Both the position numbers and the translations under genes were made by a program. Of a DNA stretch of 64,000 nt, positions 25,619 through 38,563 are shown one piece after another. This DNA comes from Bugula neritina (Eukaryota > Animalia > Bryozoa), in assembly GCA_964035545.1 (NCBI GenBank), contig OZ037773.1:1579751-1643750 (forward strand), read 5' to 3'. Below the pieces are notes generated by a model. It had not been told where the DNA came from and made no database searches. It was given only the letters and a program-made list of their open reading frames with translations. Each line of letters begins with the position of its first letter. Position 1 is the first letter of the stretch.

Positions 25619-26842
25619 ATTTCAAACTAACTTTGAAACAAATATGGCAGCAGTTATAAATTAGTATTAATATGTTTCTGGATGCTCTACCAACAAATGT
25701 GATTCTTGCTCATTGATCACCTGGAGCTACAGATTTTTCCAGATGGAATGCACTGCCAGTAATGAGTTTCTTCTCGAGGCACAAAGCATACATTATAATC
25801 AGGGAGTCAAGAATAACGTTATCCAATCACAACTGCTTTAGAACAAAAGCCCTTTATATGAAAGGATAACGGTGCTTCATTAGGAAGTTGTCTGCTAATC
25901 TGCTGCACAGCGCATTTGCGTTAATACTAAAGAAGTTGTCCTCTCTTCAAGACTCTTTTTACATAATAATAATATTATAAAGGGTAGGTAGCCTGATGAA
26001 CCCGCTTTCCTATTTCATTCAAACGAAAAAAAAACATATTCAATCAAAGGACAACAGCAATGCCAAATCATATACGATCAATGAATTAAAAACTGTGAGT
26101 GTGAGTGAGCTTAATCAATCACTATGAGTCACTATCAGTATGACGATGAGTATGAGTATAACTATTAGTATTACTATTAGTAATACATTTGCTCCATTAG
26201 ACTTCCACTTACTCTTAGTCTTAGTATTACTATTACTCTTGGTATTACTATAGTATTAGTATTAGTACTACTACTACTAGTACTACTACTACTAGTACTA
26301 GTACTAGTATTGCATCTTTATTTCAAATTTTATTTATTTTTAAGAATAAGTTGCAACAATTTTGTTTTATTGATAATGATTGTACATTAACTCATACGCA
26401 TAGTCAATATCATACTCATTTGATAATGATAATCTGATTATGATAATGGGATGCCGTTACTGCTGGTCATACTCATATTGATATTCATAATGTTATTCTT
26501 TTTCTAAGTCTAGTCATCAGATATTCTTATTCGATTAATTACTATTACTGAATAATACTATAGTAATAACATTAACCAATACCTGACCCTGTAACACTAA
26601 CTGTAAGTGTAGTTGTGCTACTACTTGTACCATACTGATAGTGATTGTGATACTCATATTCATACTGGTACAGCCAAGCCCAATAAGTGAATGTGGCAAT
26701 GTCAGTGTCAGTGAGAAACTGGATGTCATACTGATACTCGTATTCATACTGATAGTAATACTCAGACTTTGATTACTTATACTGTAAGTGTAAGACTAAC
26801 ACTAAATTACTGATAGTAATGCTATTACTCTTGGTATATGTA

Positions 26843-27116
26843 CAACTTTTGCCCCCACTGGGATTGGAACCACAGACCTCAGGCTTGCAAGCAGGTGCGC
26901 TAACTAATTACACCACAAGGGCTTCAGGATGCCTAACAACATTCCACCCAGTTCTCCCCAGAACTGCACTGGCCCCCACATACTCTGTCAGTTTATGGGC
27001 TCCACTCGCCACTCAACTCCCTAACAATACTTCTGCAACACAAGGCCGAAATAGCTTGTAAAACTTTTGCCCTGCTAACCAATTACACCACAGCGGTTTC
27101 GGGATTCCTAACAGCA
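26843..27116 (-). mobile_element. tRNA-derived SINE-like element with duplicated tRNA-like ends, copy 1
   Basis: 26851-26922 on the minus strand is tRNA-like: A-box TGGTGTAATTAG, CTGCTTGCAAGC arm, B-box-like GGTTCCAATCC. A partially deleted second head lies at ~27063-27116. The spacer is homologous to 39655-39785. Confidence 0.7.
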
Positions 27117-28567
27117 GTATAAGTGTTACATTTACTATTAGTATTACTACTACTTTAACTTTGAGTTCAATTATAATACTATAACTATAGTTATTAGTAT
27201 ACTATTAGTATAATGAAGTGAACATAGACAACTCCAAAAGAAAACAACGAAAAACATTGCTGGTTGTTTTAGCTAAGAAAAATAAAACAAGTTTATTTAA
27301 TTACAATAATATTTATGACATGTTTTTTTTTAGATAGAAAGTTTTAATAAATTTAGTTTTTTTGTGGTTGTTGTGTCACACTAATCTTTCAATTTGTTGT
27401 GCGATTGTCTAAGATTAACTACCGGAGTTCCCATCTTTGAAAGTTCTTGTTTTTACGAAGAGTTTTGCTAAAAGTCAGTTAGTTTTTGTGATTTATTTGA
27501 TTCCTGAGTGATAGTTTCTTGTGTGTGTTTAAATAAAATATATTCTAATAATTACTTTTTTCTAGTAATTACAAACTCAACAAGTTAATTGCAGCAGATA
27601 AATAAGTATTACTAAGTTGAAATATAATTAAGGATAAGTGACTCTTCAATAGTAATACTAGAACTGTATAATTATAACTGTTACTATTACTAATAGTAAT
27701 AGTAATACCTATATGACCGCTATTGAATACTTATTGCTAGTACTTACTAACTCAGTTTTATACCAATATGAATAGCTTTACTAAATAGTACCTAATCCTA
27801 CTATTGTTATGTAATAAATATAATGCTATTAATTATACTTGGGTAATAGAAAAGCTAAGTTCATCTGCAAACTGATAATTATAGTTATAATGATACCTTT
27901 CACCTGTAATTAAATATTATAGGTATACCTATGTTAACTGTAAATAATGTTTTGAAAATTTGAAATTGTTCTTTTTGATAATTTGGTGTCTGTAACTCTT
28001 TCATTTGTTCTTTGTTTTACACTCTAATTGGTGTTATCAATATTGATAGTATAATTCATTGACTTCTTTACACAATTTTGCAATCAAATGGGATACATCT
28101 GAGTGTCATGAAAGTTTATTATATCAGTATAACTGTCATCAAGCTGCATGTTAGTAAGAAATTGTTCATTGTTGCCACAACAGCAAAATAACTAAATTCA
28201 TAAAACACTATTTTTTTACAACCACCTTAATTAGGTATTTTTAAAAAACTTTTGTTTGAAGTTATCTGGCAGATGAGTTACACATTTTGTTAGGATTACA
28301 ATCCATAAAAATATGTAACTGTGAATATTGATTTTATATTCAATTTTTTAATACTAGATACTTCAAACTAAATCCCAATTAAATCCATTTTATGTTGAGG
28401 CTATGTAGTTTCAACTTATAGACGAAACTTTGAAAGACAGCCCCCAAAGCAAGTATTGTTGACTTATAAGAACTAAACATAATTGAGAAGTGAATATAAA
28501 TATCAACTGATTTTATGATGCTCAGCCTTGTATCTCTACACACCTTACAATTTTATGTTCTAGTATC

Positions 28568-30776
28568 ATGTGTGATTCTGAACCACGCAGAGATGAGCAG
28601 CTCTCATCTCCCTCTACAGGTGGGTCTCAGCTTCTATTCTTGTCCACAAGGGTGTGGTCAATCTATTTTTAAAGATTTTAGGTAAAAATGGTACCAGTAA
28701 AAGTGGCACAGGTAATAATGGCATAAATGGAAAAGTAGGTGAAAATGGTGCACTGGGGTTAAATTTTCCCAAACCCGAAACTCAAATCCCAAACCTAAAC
28801 CCTAATATTGAAAATGTGCCATTCTTACCTGGGCTATTTTAACTGTGCCACTTTTTTTACCGGACACCATTTTTAAAAACATTTCGCAGCTTCCCACTTT
28901 TGAAGTTGTTTTATATTCAAGTATGCCTAAAACTGATGATTCTACATCTTGTATTCTTTAGTTGCTAACAAATGCTCAATAATTGAAAACCCTGATGTAA
29001 CTGAAGCAAACCTTCCACAAAATGACCCACAGAGCGCTGAACCTGACACGTACGGCAGCGGTTTGGAGGCAGCACCAGCAGAACCAGTCATGGCTTCCAC
29101 CTCTACACCTCCAGCCTCGGTTCCATGTGCAAACCCTTCCACCGAGGCTTCTCACATTGAGCCAACAACTCCAAATACTTTGCATGAATCAATTCAGAAA
29201 GCTGACGATTCGATCGCTGAAATAAATAAAGACGAAGCATATGAAGGGTTACAAGAGAATGCAGCTGAAGTTGCCTCCCCTACGGAGGTCAAAAGCTCAG
29301 TCCCAGTAGATGCTGAATCAGCCATGGTGAGCAATGATTCCCAAGTGCCACCAGAGTCGATGGATACCTCAGTAGATCTGACTGCCGCTGGTGAAGACAG
29401 CTGTCAGTCGGGGACGTGGTCGGAGTCAGCCTCCCCTCAGAAAAAGACTCGAGTGACTAATAGCAGACTAATAGTGAGTGGTCTGCCACAGGGTGTGGGT
29501 GCTGACACCCTCTTCGAATACAGATGGCCACTCGATGATGAACACTCAGATTACTGGATGCTGCAGGAACAAGTGTCAACATTTCTAAATGTCAAGTCAT
29601 TTCGTCGAAAGCATCCAGGTGAGTTTTACTTCCTGTTGGCAATACACTCAGCTATTTAGCTACTTACTCACTATACTTACTCACTAACTCAGTTATACTG
29701 TCACCAACTCAGTTATACTCTCACTAACTCAGTTATACTCTCACTAACTCAGTTATACTCTCACTAACTCAGTTATACTCTCACTTACTCAGTTATACTC
29801 TCACTAACTCAGTTATACTGTCACTTACTCAGTTATACTCTCACTAACTCAGTTATACTCTCACTAACTCAGTTATACTCTCACTTACTCAGTTATACTC
29901 TCACTAACTCAGTTATACTGTCACTTACTCAGTTATACTCTCACTAACTCAATTATACTCTCACTAACTCAGTTATACTCTCACTAACTCAGTTATACTC
30001 TCACTAACTCAGTTATACTCTCACCAACTCAGTTATACTCTCACTAACTCAGTTATACTCTCACTTACTCAGTTATACTCTCACTAACTCAGTTATACTG
30101 TCACCAACTCAGTTATACTATCACTAACTCAGTTATACTCTCACTAACTCAGTTATACTCTCACTAACTCAGTTATACTCTCACTAACTCAGTTATACTA
30201 TCACTAACTCAGTTATATTCTCACCCACCACTTCCTCTATATGTTAAATTACTGGCTGTTAGATCTGGAAAGAAGACAGATTGAGATGGAAGAGAGGAAT
30301 TATCTGCTGAGTGTAGGAGTTGTCACTGAAATGCAGTGTGATCTTGGTGAGTTACACAAACTACCATGTCGGAGGTCTTGTATCTTTGTTGGCATCACTC
30401 CACAGTTTTGAAAGTCTTTGATAGTGTGTCAATCTCCGGTGTAGTTCCATTAGATTCAGTTAATTTTAAATAACATTATTCCTGAACCATTTTATATTGT
30501 CATTGTTATTATATTTTCATTAGTATTTTATTAATCAGTTTCACCATTCAGCACAATATTGTGATGTGTTATGCATAAAATACGATGCCACACATATTAT
30601 ATTGTATCATGGTACAGGATTGACAGCGTTAAGGAGTGAAGATATATCAGACCTTATGATACAGGAATATTCTGATAAATATGATGTGAGTATGACTAGT
30701 AGTTCTACTACTACTACTAGTACTACTTCTACTACTACTACTACTACTACTAATATTACTACTACTAGTACTACTT

Positions 30777-30810
<34 letters not shown>

Positions 30811-30845
30811 CACTACTACTACTACTACTACTACTAGTACTACTG

Positions 30846-30910
<65 letters not shown>

Positions 30911-33900
30911 GCTACTACTATTACTACTACTACTACTACTACTACTACTGCTGCTACTGCTACCACTACTACTACTAATAGTAATGCTACTACTGCTACT
31001 GGCTATTTATTTAGGAGTACGCTAAAGTTCTAAGAAAAAGGGAGGAAGAGAGGCTGGCCAAGAAGCACCAGGACCTGCAGGATTTGCAGAACTCCGTCCC
31101 CTCTCAGCCAGCCGTCAGCAAAGTTGACATGAAGAAGCTGACGGAGAAAGCGGTGAAGGCAGCTGCTACTTACAATGCTTTTCTGATGAAGGAGAAGAGG
31201 GAGGAGAGAAGACATTACTTTGATATACAGACAGGGGTAGGTGTGTCATATGTGGGTGTGTTTCATATATATGGGTGTGTCTTGTGTATGTGGGTGTGTC
31301 TCATATATATATGGGTGTTTCTCAAATATGTGGGTGTGTACAAGAGGTATTAAGCACGCCCTGTGATGCCTGGTTTGCCTAAAAGAGACGTATTTACTGA
31401 CCAATTTGCTTAACATTGATGAAAATATTACAGATAATTCAGTCTCCTAAGTCAGTGTCGGGCGTTCTCCCTCCAGAACTCACCCGTCCCTCACCCTACC
31501 CTGTAGCTGTATTGAGGGGACAGTTTGCTCAATACTACAAAAGGTATGAGTTGCTGCACTGTTACTCAAGTTGATTTTATTGGTGTGTCCTAAACATCTC
31601 TTTCATTATAGATCTCTTTCATTGCCTCCCTCCGTGTATAGGTACACTCCTGATGAGCTGAACTATCTACCTGTGAAGACAGTGCTGTATGACCCTCCAA
31701 TCAGAATACACAACCTTTACATGCCCCTCCCACCAGAGGAAGAGGCCACGCCCACTCCACTGCCTCAGGTATTTACATAGCTTATAGTTGTTGGACCCCT
31801 TCCCTCTGTAGACTTCCTGTGGGGGTAGCTTACACACCTCCACCCAATCATGGCCCTAGTTCCCAGTCCGAGTCACATATACAGAGCTGTGCTCAAAACT
31901 GTGACCTTCCTTTTTACTTACCAGCCTTTTTCTGATCATAAAATTTTCCAATCTGAAAATGACTCGCTATATTCTAGCTCAAGGGTGGGCAACTTCTTTT
32001 GCATGAAGGCCAAGTTCAGAAGTCGGCCAAGACGAAGCGTCATATGATTGAACACATAAAAAACTTTATCATAACAAAGTAGTTTGTCACCAAACCTATG
32101 CTGTGCTAATCAGGGTGCATATAACAATTTTTTACTTATTTTAAGCATTAAAAGGGTCACTAAAAAATGGGCAAAGGGTCACAGGTGGCCCTGGGGCTCC
32201 CACTTACATACCCCTATTCTAGCTGGTCTGTATTCAGCAATAGGTTTTTGGAATTAATGAATAATGCTTTACCCACACAACTTTCCTGTCTATCATTACA
32301 ATATTAAACTTCTATTAGGTGGACAACTCCCTGCTGCCGACCACTGTTGAGCTCCTGACAGCTGACCCTCTGCCACCAAAGAAACACATGACAAGATTAG
32401 TCGACGCCATTTGCATTCTGTGTGGGCGGGAAGAGAACAGATCGGGTGCTGCTGAGAAATGTATCAAATGTAACCAGTGTCGGCGTGAAAGTACGTTACT
32501 CTATTAGTCTGTAATACTTACTCTATACCTCTGTAATACTTACTCTATACCTCTGTAATACTCACTCTATACCTCTGTAATACTCACTCTATACCTCTGT
32601 AATACTCACTCTATACCTCTGTAATACTTACTCTATTCCTCTGTAATACTCACTCTATACCCTGTAATACTCACTCTATACCTCTGTAATACTTACTCTA
32701 TTCCTCTGTAATACTTACTCTATTCCTCTGTAATACTCACTCTATACCCTGTAATACTCACTCTATACCCTGTAATACTTACTCTATACCTCTGTAATAC
32801 TCACTCTATACCTCTGTAATACTTACTCTATACCTCTGTAATACTTACTCTATACCTCTGTAATACTCACTCTATACCTCTGTAATACTTACTCTATACC
32901 TCTCTAATACTCACTCTATACCCTGTAATACTCACTCTATACCCTGTAATACTCACTCTATACCTCTGTAATACTTACTCTATACCTCTCTAATACTCAC
33001 TCTATACCCTGTAATACTCACTCTATACCCTGTAATACTTACTCTATACCTCTGTAATACTTACTCTATACCCTGTAATACTTACTCTATACCTCTGTAA
33101 TACTCACTCTATACCTCTGTAATACTCACTCTATACCTCTGTAATACTCACTCTATACCTCTGTAATACTCACTCTATACCTCTGTAATACTCACTCTAT
33201 ACCCTGTAATACTCACTCTATACCTCTGTAATACTCACTCTATACCTCTGTAATACTCACTCTATACCTCTGTAATACTTACTCTATTACCCTGTAATAC
33301 TTACTCTATACCCTGTAATACTTACTCTATTACTCTGTAATACTTACTCTATACCTCTGTAATACTCACTCTATACCTCTGTAATACTTACTCTATAAGT
33401 GAAAGTATTTTACCTTCTACTCTTTATCTCTTAACTTGCGTTGAAGAAATAAATTCAAGATCTACAAAAAGTTATTTCTCTTTTACTAAACTAGACTGTA
33501 TTCTAGTTGTACTCTATAGTATTCTTATTGTGTGATGTAGCCCACCCAAGGTGTATTATATACTCTATAATATTCTTATTGTATGATGTAGCCCACCCAA
33601 GTTGTATTATATACTCTATAACATTCTTATTGTATGATGTAGCTCACCCAAGGTGTATTATATACTCTATAATATTCTTATTGTATGATGTAGCCCACCC
33701 AAGGTGTATTATATACTCTATAGTATTCTTATTGTATGATGTAGCCCACCCAAGGTGTATCATATACTCTATAAGTCTATAATATTCTTATTGTATGATG
33801 TAGCTCACCCAAGTTGTATTATATACTCTATAACATTCTTATTGTATGATGTAGCTCACCCAAGGTGTATTATATACTCTATAATATTCATATTGTATGA

Positions 33901-34722
33901 TGTAGCCCACCCAAGGTGTATCATATACTCTATAAGTCTATAATATTCTTATTGTATGATGTAGCTCACCCAAGTTGTATTATATACTCTATAATATTCA
34001 TATTGTATGATGTAGCCCACCCAAGGTGTATTATATACTCTATAATATACTTATTGTATGATGTAGCTCACCCAAGGTGTATTATATACTCTATAATATT
34101 CTTATTGGATGATGTAGCTCACCCAAGTTGTATTATATACTCTATAATATTCATATTGTATGATGTAGCTCACCCAAGTTGTATTATATACTCTATAATA
34201 TATTTATTGTATGATGTAGCCCACCCAAGGTGTATTATATACTCTATAATATACATATTGTATGATGTAGCCCACCCAAGTTGCTCAGAGTTGACTCCTG
34301 AGATGCTGACTAGAGTTGTCACCTACAGCTGGACATGCATGGAGTGTAAGGTGTGTGTCAGGTGCTCTGATCCTGGCAATGAGGTATGTACTGATACTAT
34401 ATACACTACTATTATGTATACTATTACAGTGTATACTAATACCATGCATAGTGTATACTAATACAGTGTATACTGATACTGTATATACTAATACAGTGTA
34501 TACTGATACTGTATGTACTGATACTATGTATACTAATATAGTGTATACTGATACTGTTTATACTACAGTTGGTATATTTACTGTGGTAACACATGTATTT
34601 TGCAGGACAAGATGATAGTATGCGATAAATGTGACAGAGGTTACCACACTTTCTGTGTTGGCCTCAAAGCTATCCCAGAGGAGAGCATTTGGGCTTGTCC
34701 AGAGTGTGCTGGGTCCAGCTAA
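28568..34722 (+). CDS. PHF10: PHD finger protein 10 (BAF45A/SAYP, PBAF subunit), ~573 aa
   Basis: Exons 28568-28619, 28962-29618, 30263-30346, 30618-30685, 31015-31236, 31434-31543, 31642-31768, 32319-32490, 34271-34383, 34606-34722. SAY-domain motifs: EYRWP, LQEQVSTFLNVKSFRRKHPDLERR, LGLTALRS, RYTPDELNYLP. C-terminal double PHD (CILC..CNQC..HPSC..WTCMECKVC..CDKCDRGYHTFC). The first coding exon is less certain. Confidence 0.93.
28651..28868. mobile_element. Palindromic MITE family B copy
   Basis: GGTAAAAATGG/GGCACAGGTAATAATGGCA repeats on the left are mirrored by TGTGCCATT..TACC on the right. A reverse copy lies at 49510-49690. Confidence 0.7.
29660..30225. repeat. 20-bp minisatellite, ~28 copies, PHF10 intron
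   Basis: Unit CTCACTAACTCAGTTATACT. Confidence 0.95.
30695..31000. repeat. (ACT)n microsatellite filling a PHF10 intron
   Basis: About 100 ACT-type triplets. It accounts for the poly-Thr and poly-Val ORFs. Confidence 0.95.
31980..32216. mobile_element. Decayed hAT-type MITE, 237 bp
   Basis: Starts CAAGGGTGGGCAAC and ends with the degenerate CTTACATACCCCTA. Perfect 8-bp TSD TTCTAGCT (31972-31979, 32217-32224). Confidence 0.75.
32495..33397. repeat. 21-22-bp minisatellite, ~40 copies, starting at the PHF10 exon-8 donor
   Basis: Unit CTCTGTAATACT(C/T)ACTCTATAC. Confidence 0.95.
33505..34284. repeat. 51-bp (twice 59-bp) tandem repeat x15 spanning the PHF10 exon-9 acceptor
   Basis: GATGTAG|C(C/T)CACCCAAG with the AG ending at 33540, 33591, 33642, 33693, 33744, 33803, 33854, 33905, 33964, 34015, 34066, 34117, 34168, 34219 and 34270. 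Confidence 0.95.
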
Positions 34723-36403
34723 CTCACTCCAGAGTGTGCTGGGTCAAATTAACTCTCACTTCAGAGTGTGCTGGGTCAGGCTAACTCTCACTCCAGAGTG
34801 CGCTGTACAATGTACATTTAGACCATTATCATGTCTTTCTGTAATTGAAATCAAATTCTGACTGTCTATAAATAGCGGTGTTGTGTAGGTGTAGTTTGTA
34901 CTTACTCTACAGTGACATACACTCGGTTTCTCAGTCCAGGGTTGTATATATAAATCAACTTATATGTAAATATTTTGTACATATTGAATAAAGCATGTTT
35001 CTCATTTTATAATATTAATGTTATGTCATCAAGTCGTTCTACAATAAAACAGATTTTAACGGTCAACGGAGTTGTATTCTCTTTATGTTGTGTCTCGCAT
35101 CTGCTTTCTTAGATACCTTTTTTGGATATTGGTTTTATAAGCATGCTGATTTAAGACTTCTCTATGTTATCATGAGATTGGAGTGCTGTATATGTATAGA
35201 TTTGAATAGTACAGTCTGATATTGAATAATACTGTTCCATGTTTCAGAATTACAGAACTCCCTTTTTACATGGCACTAGCTCACTGCTGGTATATTCATG
35301 CCTTTTTACCAGAGAGCATGTGTCTACATTAGCCAATGGGGCTGGAGTATGCAATATGCAGTACATAAGCAATCAACCAATGCAGTATAACAAACATAAT
35401 TACATAACATTCATAATTGATCTTGCTGTGAAGATAATTTTTATTACATGTCTGTCCACAGCTGTACCTACTGCTTATGGAAGATGAATGTATCTTATGC
35501 TTTGAAGCACATTGCCTTTCCTACCTGTCTAGTTTGTTTTCACCTGACGATGCTCTAATTCTAGATACAGGTTTTAATTAACAAAAAGTTGTACAAGTTC
35601 AACAAGTTTAAATATCACGTCTAAAAGCAGCATCAAGTTGAGGGAGACTGAGTACAGTATTTCTGTATACATCTTTATGTCTGAACTCCAAACTTGAGAT
35701 CTCTCCAGGAACCGCTGCACTTAGTGACCACCATTTTGGCGCTGCTTCAAGCATTTTCAACGATTTTGCACTTGCACCTTAAACTTTGGATGAGCTGACA
35801 ACTTCAGTGTATTATAGTAAACTTATTGTATGGTTCTAAGCTACAGCTATATCCAGTCAAAACTGTCAATAAATTGCTATTATTAACTGTTACATGTGCA
35901 AATGGTAAAGTAACAGTGTAATGCACAGCTGACATATAACTGAAATCCATCAATAGCTTTCAATTCCTGAAACTAGTTGCACTGAATATGTGTTATCAAT
36001 TTAAATTGTTGCAGTTCTCAGTGTCTGAAGAATAAACTTGCATCTTAGTTTTACATAATATTGTTGCAGATTTTCTTAAGATATGTAAAACCTAACATAT
36101 ATATTTGACGGTATAACTCAGTTTTGGTCAGATTGTTTGTAAGTGCTCTAAGTTTCGTGGCATTACGTATCTCGATCTCTAAACATTGCAGAAATGGAGA
36201 TTTTGAAGAAAAAATTTTCCCTAAATATTATTTTGTTGAAAGCTCTTAGCTAGATGAGCTGTCTAACACTTTCAACAAACTTCCAAGTGTTGATATATAA
36301 AATAATGTGGAGAAATCGAAAATTTTGTTTAGTAAATCCTATAAATATGTGGCTTCCAATATCTCCATTACTGCACCTACCTCACCTCTAAACACCATTT
36401 TTG

Positions 36404-36545
36404 TAGTAGTGGAAAATATTGATAGCCCAAGTTCTCTAGTTTTCTTGATAAATTTTGGTTTGGGACCATGTTGAAATTCTCAGGAAGATGTGACTTCTTT
36501 TGCTACATTCCTAATTTCTAGAACAAAGCCTTTTCTCCATTAATG
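36404..36545. mobile_element. MITE family A copy, diverged
   Basis: GTAGTAGTGGAAAATATTGATAGCCCAAGTTC...TCTAGAACAAAGCCTTTTCTC matches the other copies. Confidence 0.55.
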
Positions 36546-38563
36546 CTTGAAATATTAGACTAGAGATTAGTAGTCATACATTCTGATACTATAACAATGT
36601 CTCCTGTACATATAGTACTCCTCATAGGTAAACATTACATAACCATGACACATGTAGCCCTCACAACCAATGTCAGTGACATAGTAGTATATAGTACATA
36701 ATATTATGTACTATATACTACATACTACATAATATAATATAGTATAATATAATATAATATAATATAATGCATATTAAATAATACATATAGTATATTATAG
36801 TAAAATATCAGACTCAATTATACTGAATCTATTTTTTTCCTATACACACATACATAAATCCCAAAACGGGGTCCAAACCATTTCTCAGGAATGGAATTTC
36901 CTGAGAAATGAAACCATAGGATATATGAAGAGAGCACAGTACCTTTGGCTTGAAGGTTAGGCCTTGGCCCAATAAAACTAGCAAAAACGCAAGAAAGCAA
37001 ATTTCCCTTTATTAGCTATTAATTTGAGATTCATAAACTGCATCATAAAGATAGATTGGAACTTGGAAACACTCAACTGCACATCGATTGCATATACTTA
37101 TACTTTCAATATTATTTTGATGAAAATTTATATGGCAAAACGTTAAATAAACTATAAATTTACTTTGGCTTAGTATAATATTCTAAAGCAATTTGTTGGT
37201 TGAACTCCAAGCAGAATTAACAGTCAACATTATGTAACTATGAATTCAATGACTAGTATATTTCAATAAATAGATGGTCAGCGCACTTGTAGCTAATATT
37301 ATACCAGTAGCTTTTTACATTGAGTGCCTGCTTTAAGGGTAGGTACAGTAATAAAGGAATTAGTCAAGTGTTTTAGATTAGAAATGTAGCAAAAGAAGCT
37401 AAAATTGTATTTTAATTAGTAAGCCTCAGTATACTGTATGCCAGCTTGATAAAACATGGCGCATTAATTTTATCCTGGCATCCATGTACCAAGTGTCACT
37501 ATGCTGTTATATACTGTCATGTATATCAGTATCACAATTATACCATTTTTTGTCAAATTGCAAACATAAATGGTTTTGCTAGTTATTGTTTCTGCATGCA
37601 TGTTTTATGATCGTTCAATCAGATCAAGTTGTATTGGGGAATAAGGCGCTGGAGATCGACTATTATTGTAATAGACATGCAATCACATTGCTTGCACTGG
37701 TCTCAAACTAAAACCTTGTACAGTGTACCCAATATGTGTTTTATGTATAATAAAGAAAAATTAAGAAATTACAGACTGTGCAGGAACTAGAAGAAAAGTT
37801 GTCCTTCCAATACATTTTGAGATGGTTGATGTCTGCTTGTCTAACACAATAAATATTTCGGAGTTTTCAATCAATCAACGTAAACCTTGATCGGCGTTTT
37901 ATCGCAAAGTAATAGACTTGGATTCAAAAGGATTTCCGCCAGACATGTAGGTTCAACGTAACTACACGAACTTTATTTAGTTTCAAAAAGTAATATCTAG
38001 AACAAGTTCTAAAGTCCCATCACTAAGTCAAAGTTGAAAACTGTACATCCTAACAGAAATTAGGAAAGTATTGTTTTATAAATATTGTAGAATTCCTCGC
38101 TTCAAACAGATTTCTAAGATTCTGTAGAATATGTAAAAATGTAAAGCTTTAAAATCAACTAATAACCGAGTTAGAGTATTTGTTTTTGTAATAAACAATT
38201 TTAAGTTGTAATTAAACCTCGTCAACTCAAACTTTTCTCGGTTCTGACAGTGACTCCGTCCTAGCACAGTGACACTCACACTGACAGTATCAGTATGAGT
38301 ACTACTACTACTAATAATAGTACTACTAGTAGTTGTCGAACTAGAAGTACAGTTCTTGCCTCTACGGCTCTGCCTGTTCACTATCTTGTTTTGACAGTAT
38401 TTTAGTTTTTCTGATGCTTATAGTTATAGTTTTCTTTTTCCACTTTTAGTTTTTAATCTACTTAGCTGTAGTTACTAGCTAAAATAGTTAGTAACTTAAA
38501 GTTTGTATTACTATTACTCATACTATTAGTATTACTATTACTATTAGTATAATAATAATAATA

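Noticed and set aside
30566-31033. Poly-Thr mucin-like and poly-Val ORFs
   Set aside because: An (ACT)n microsatellite inside a canonical PHF10 intron.
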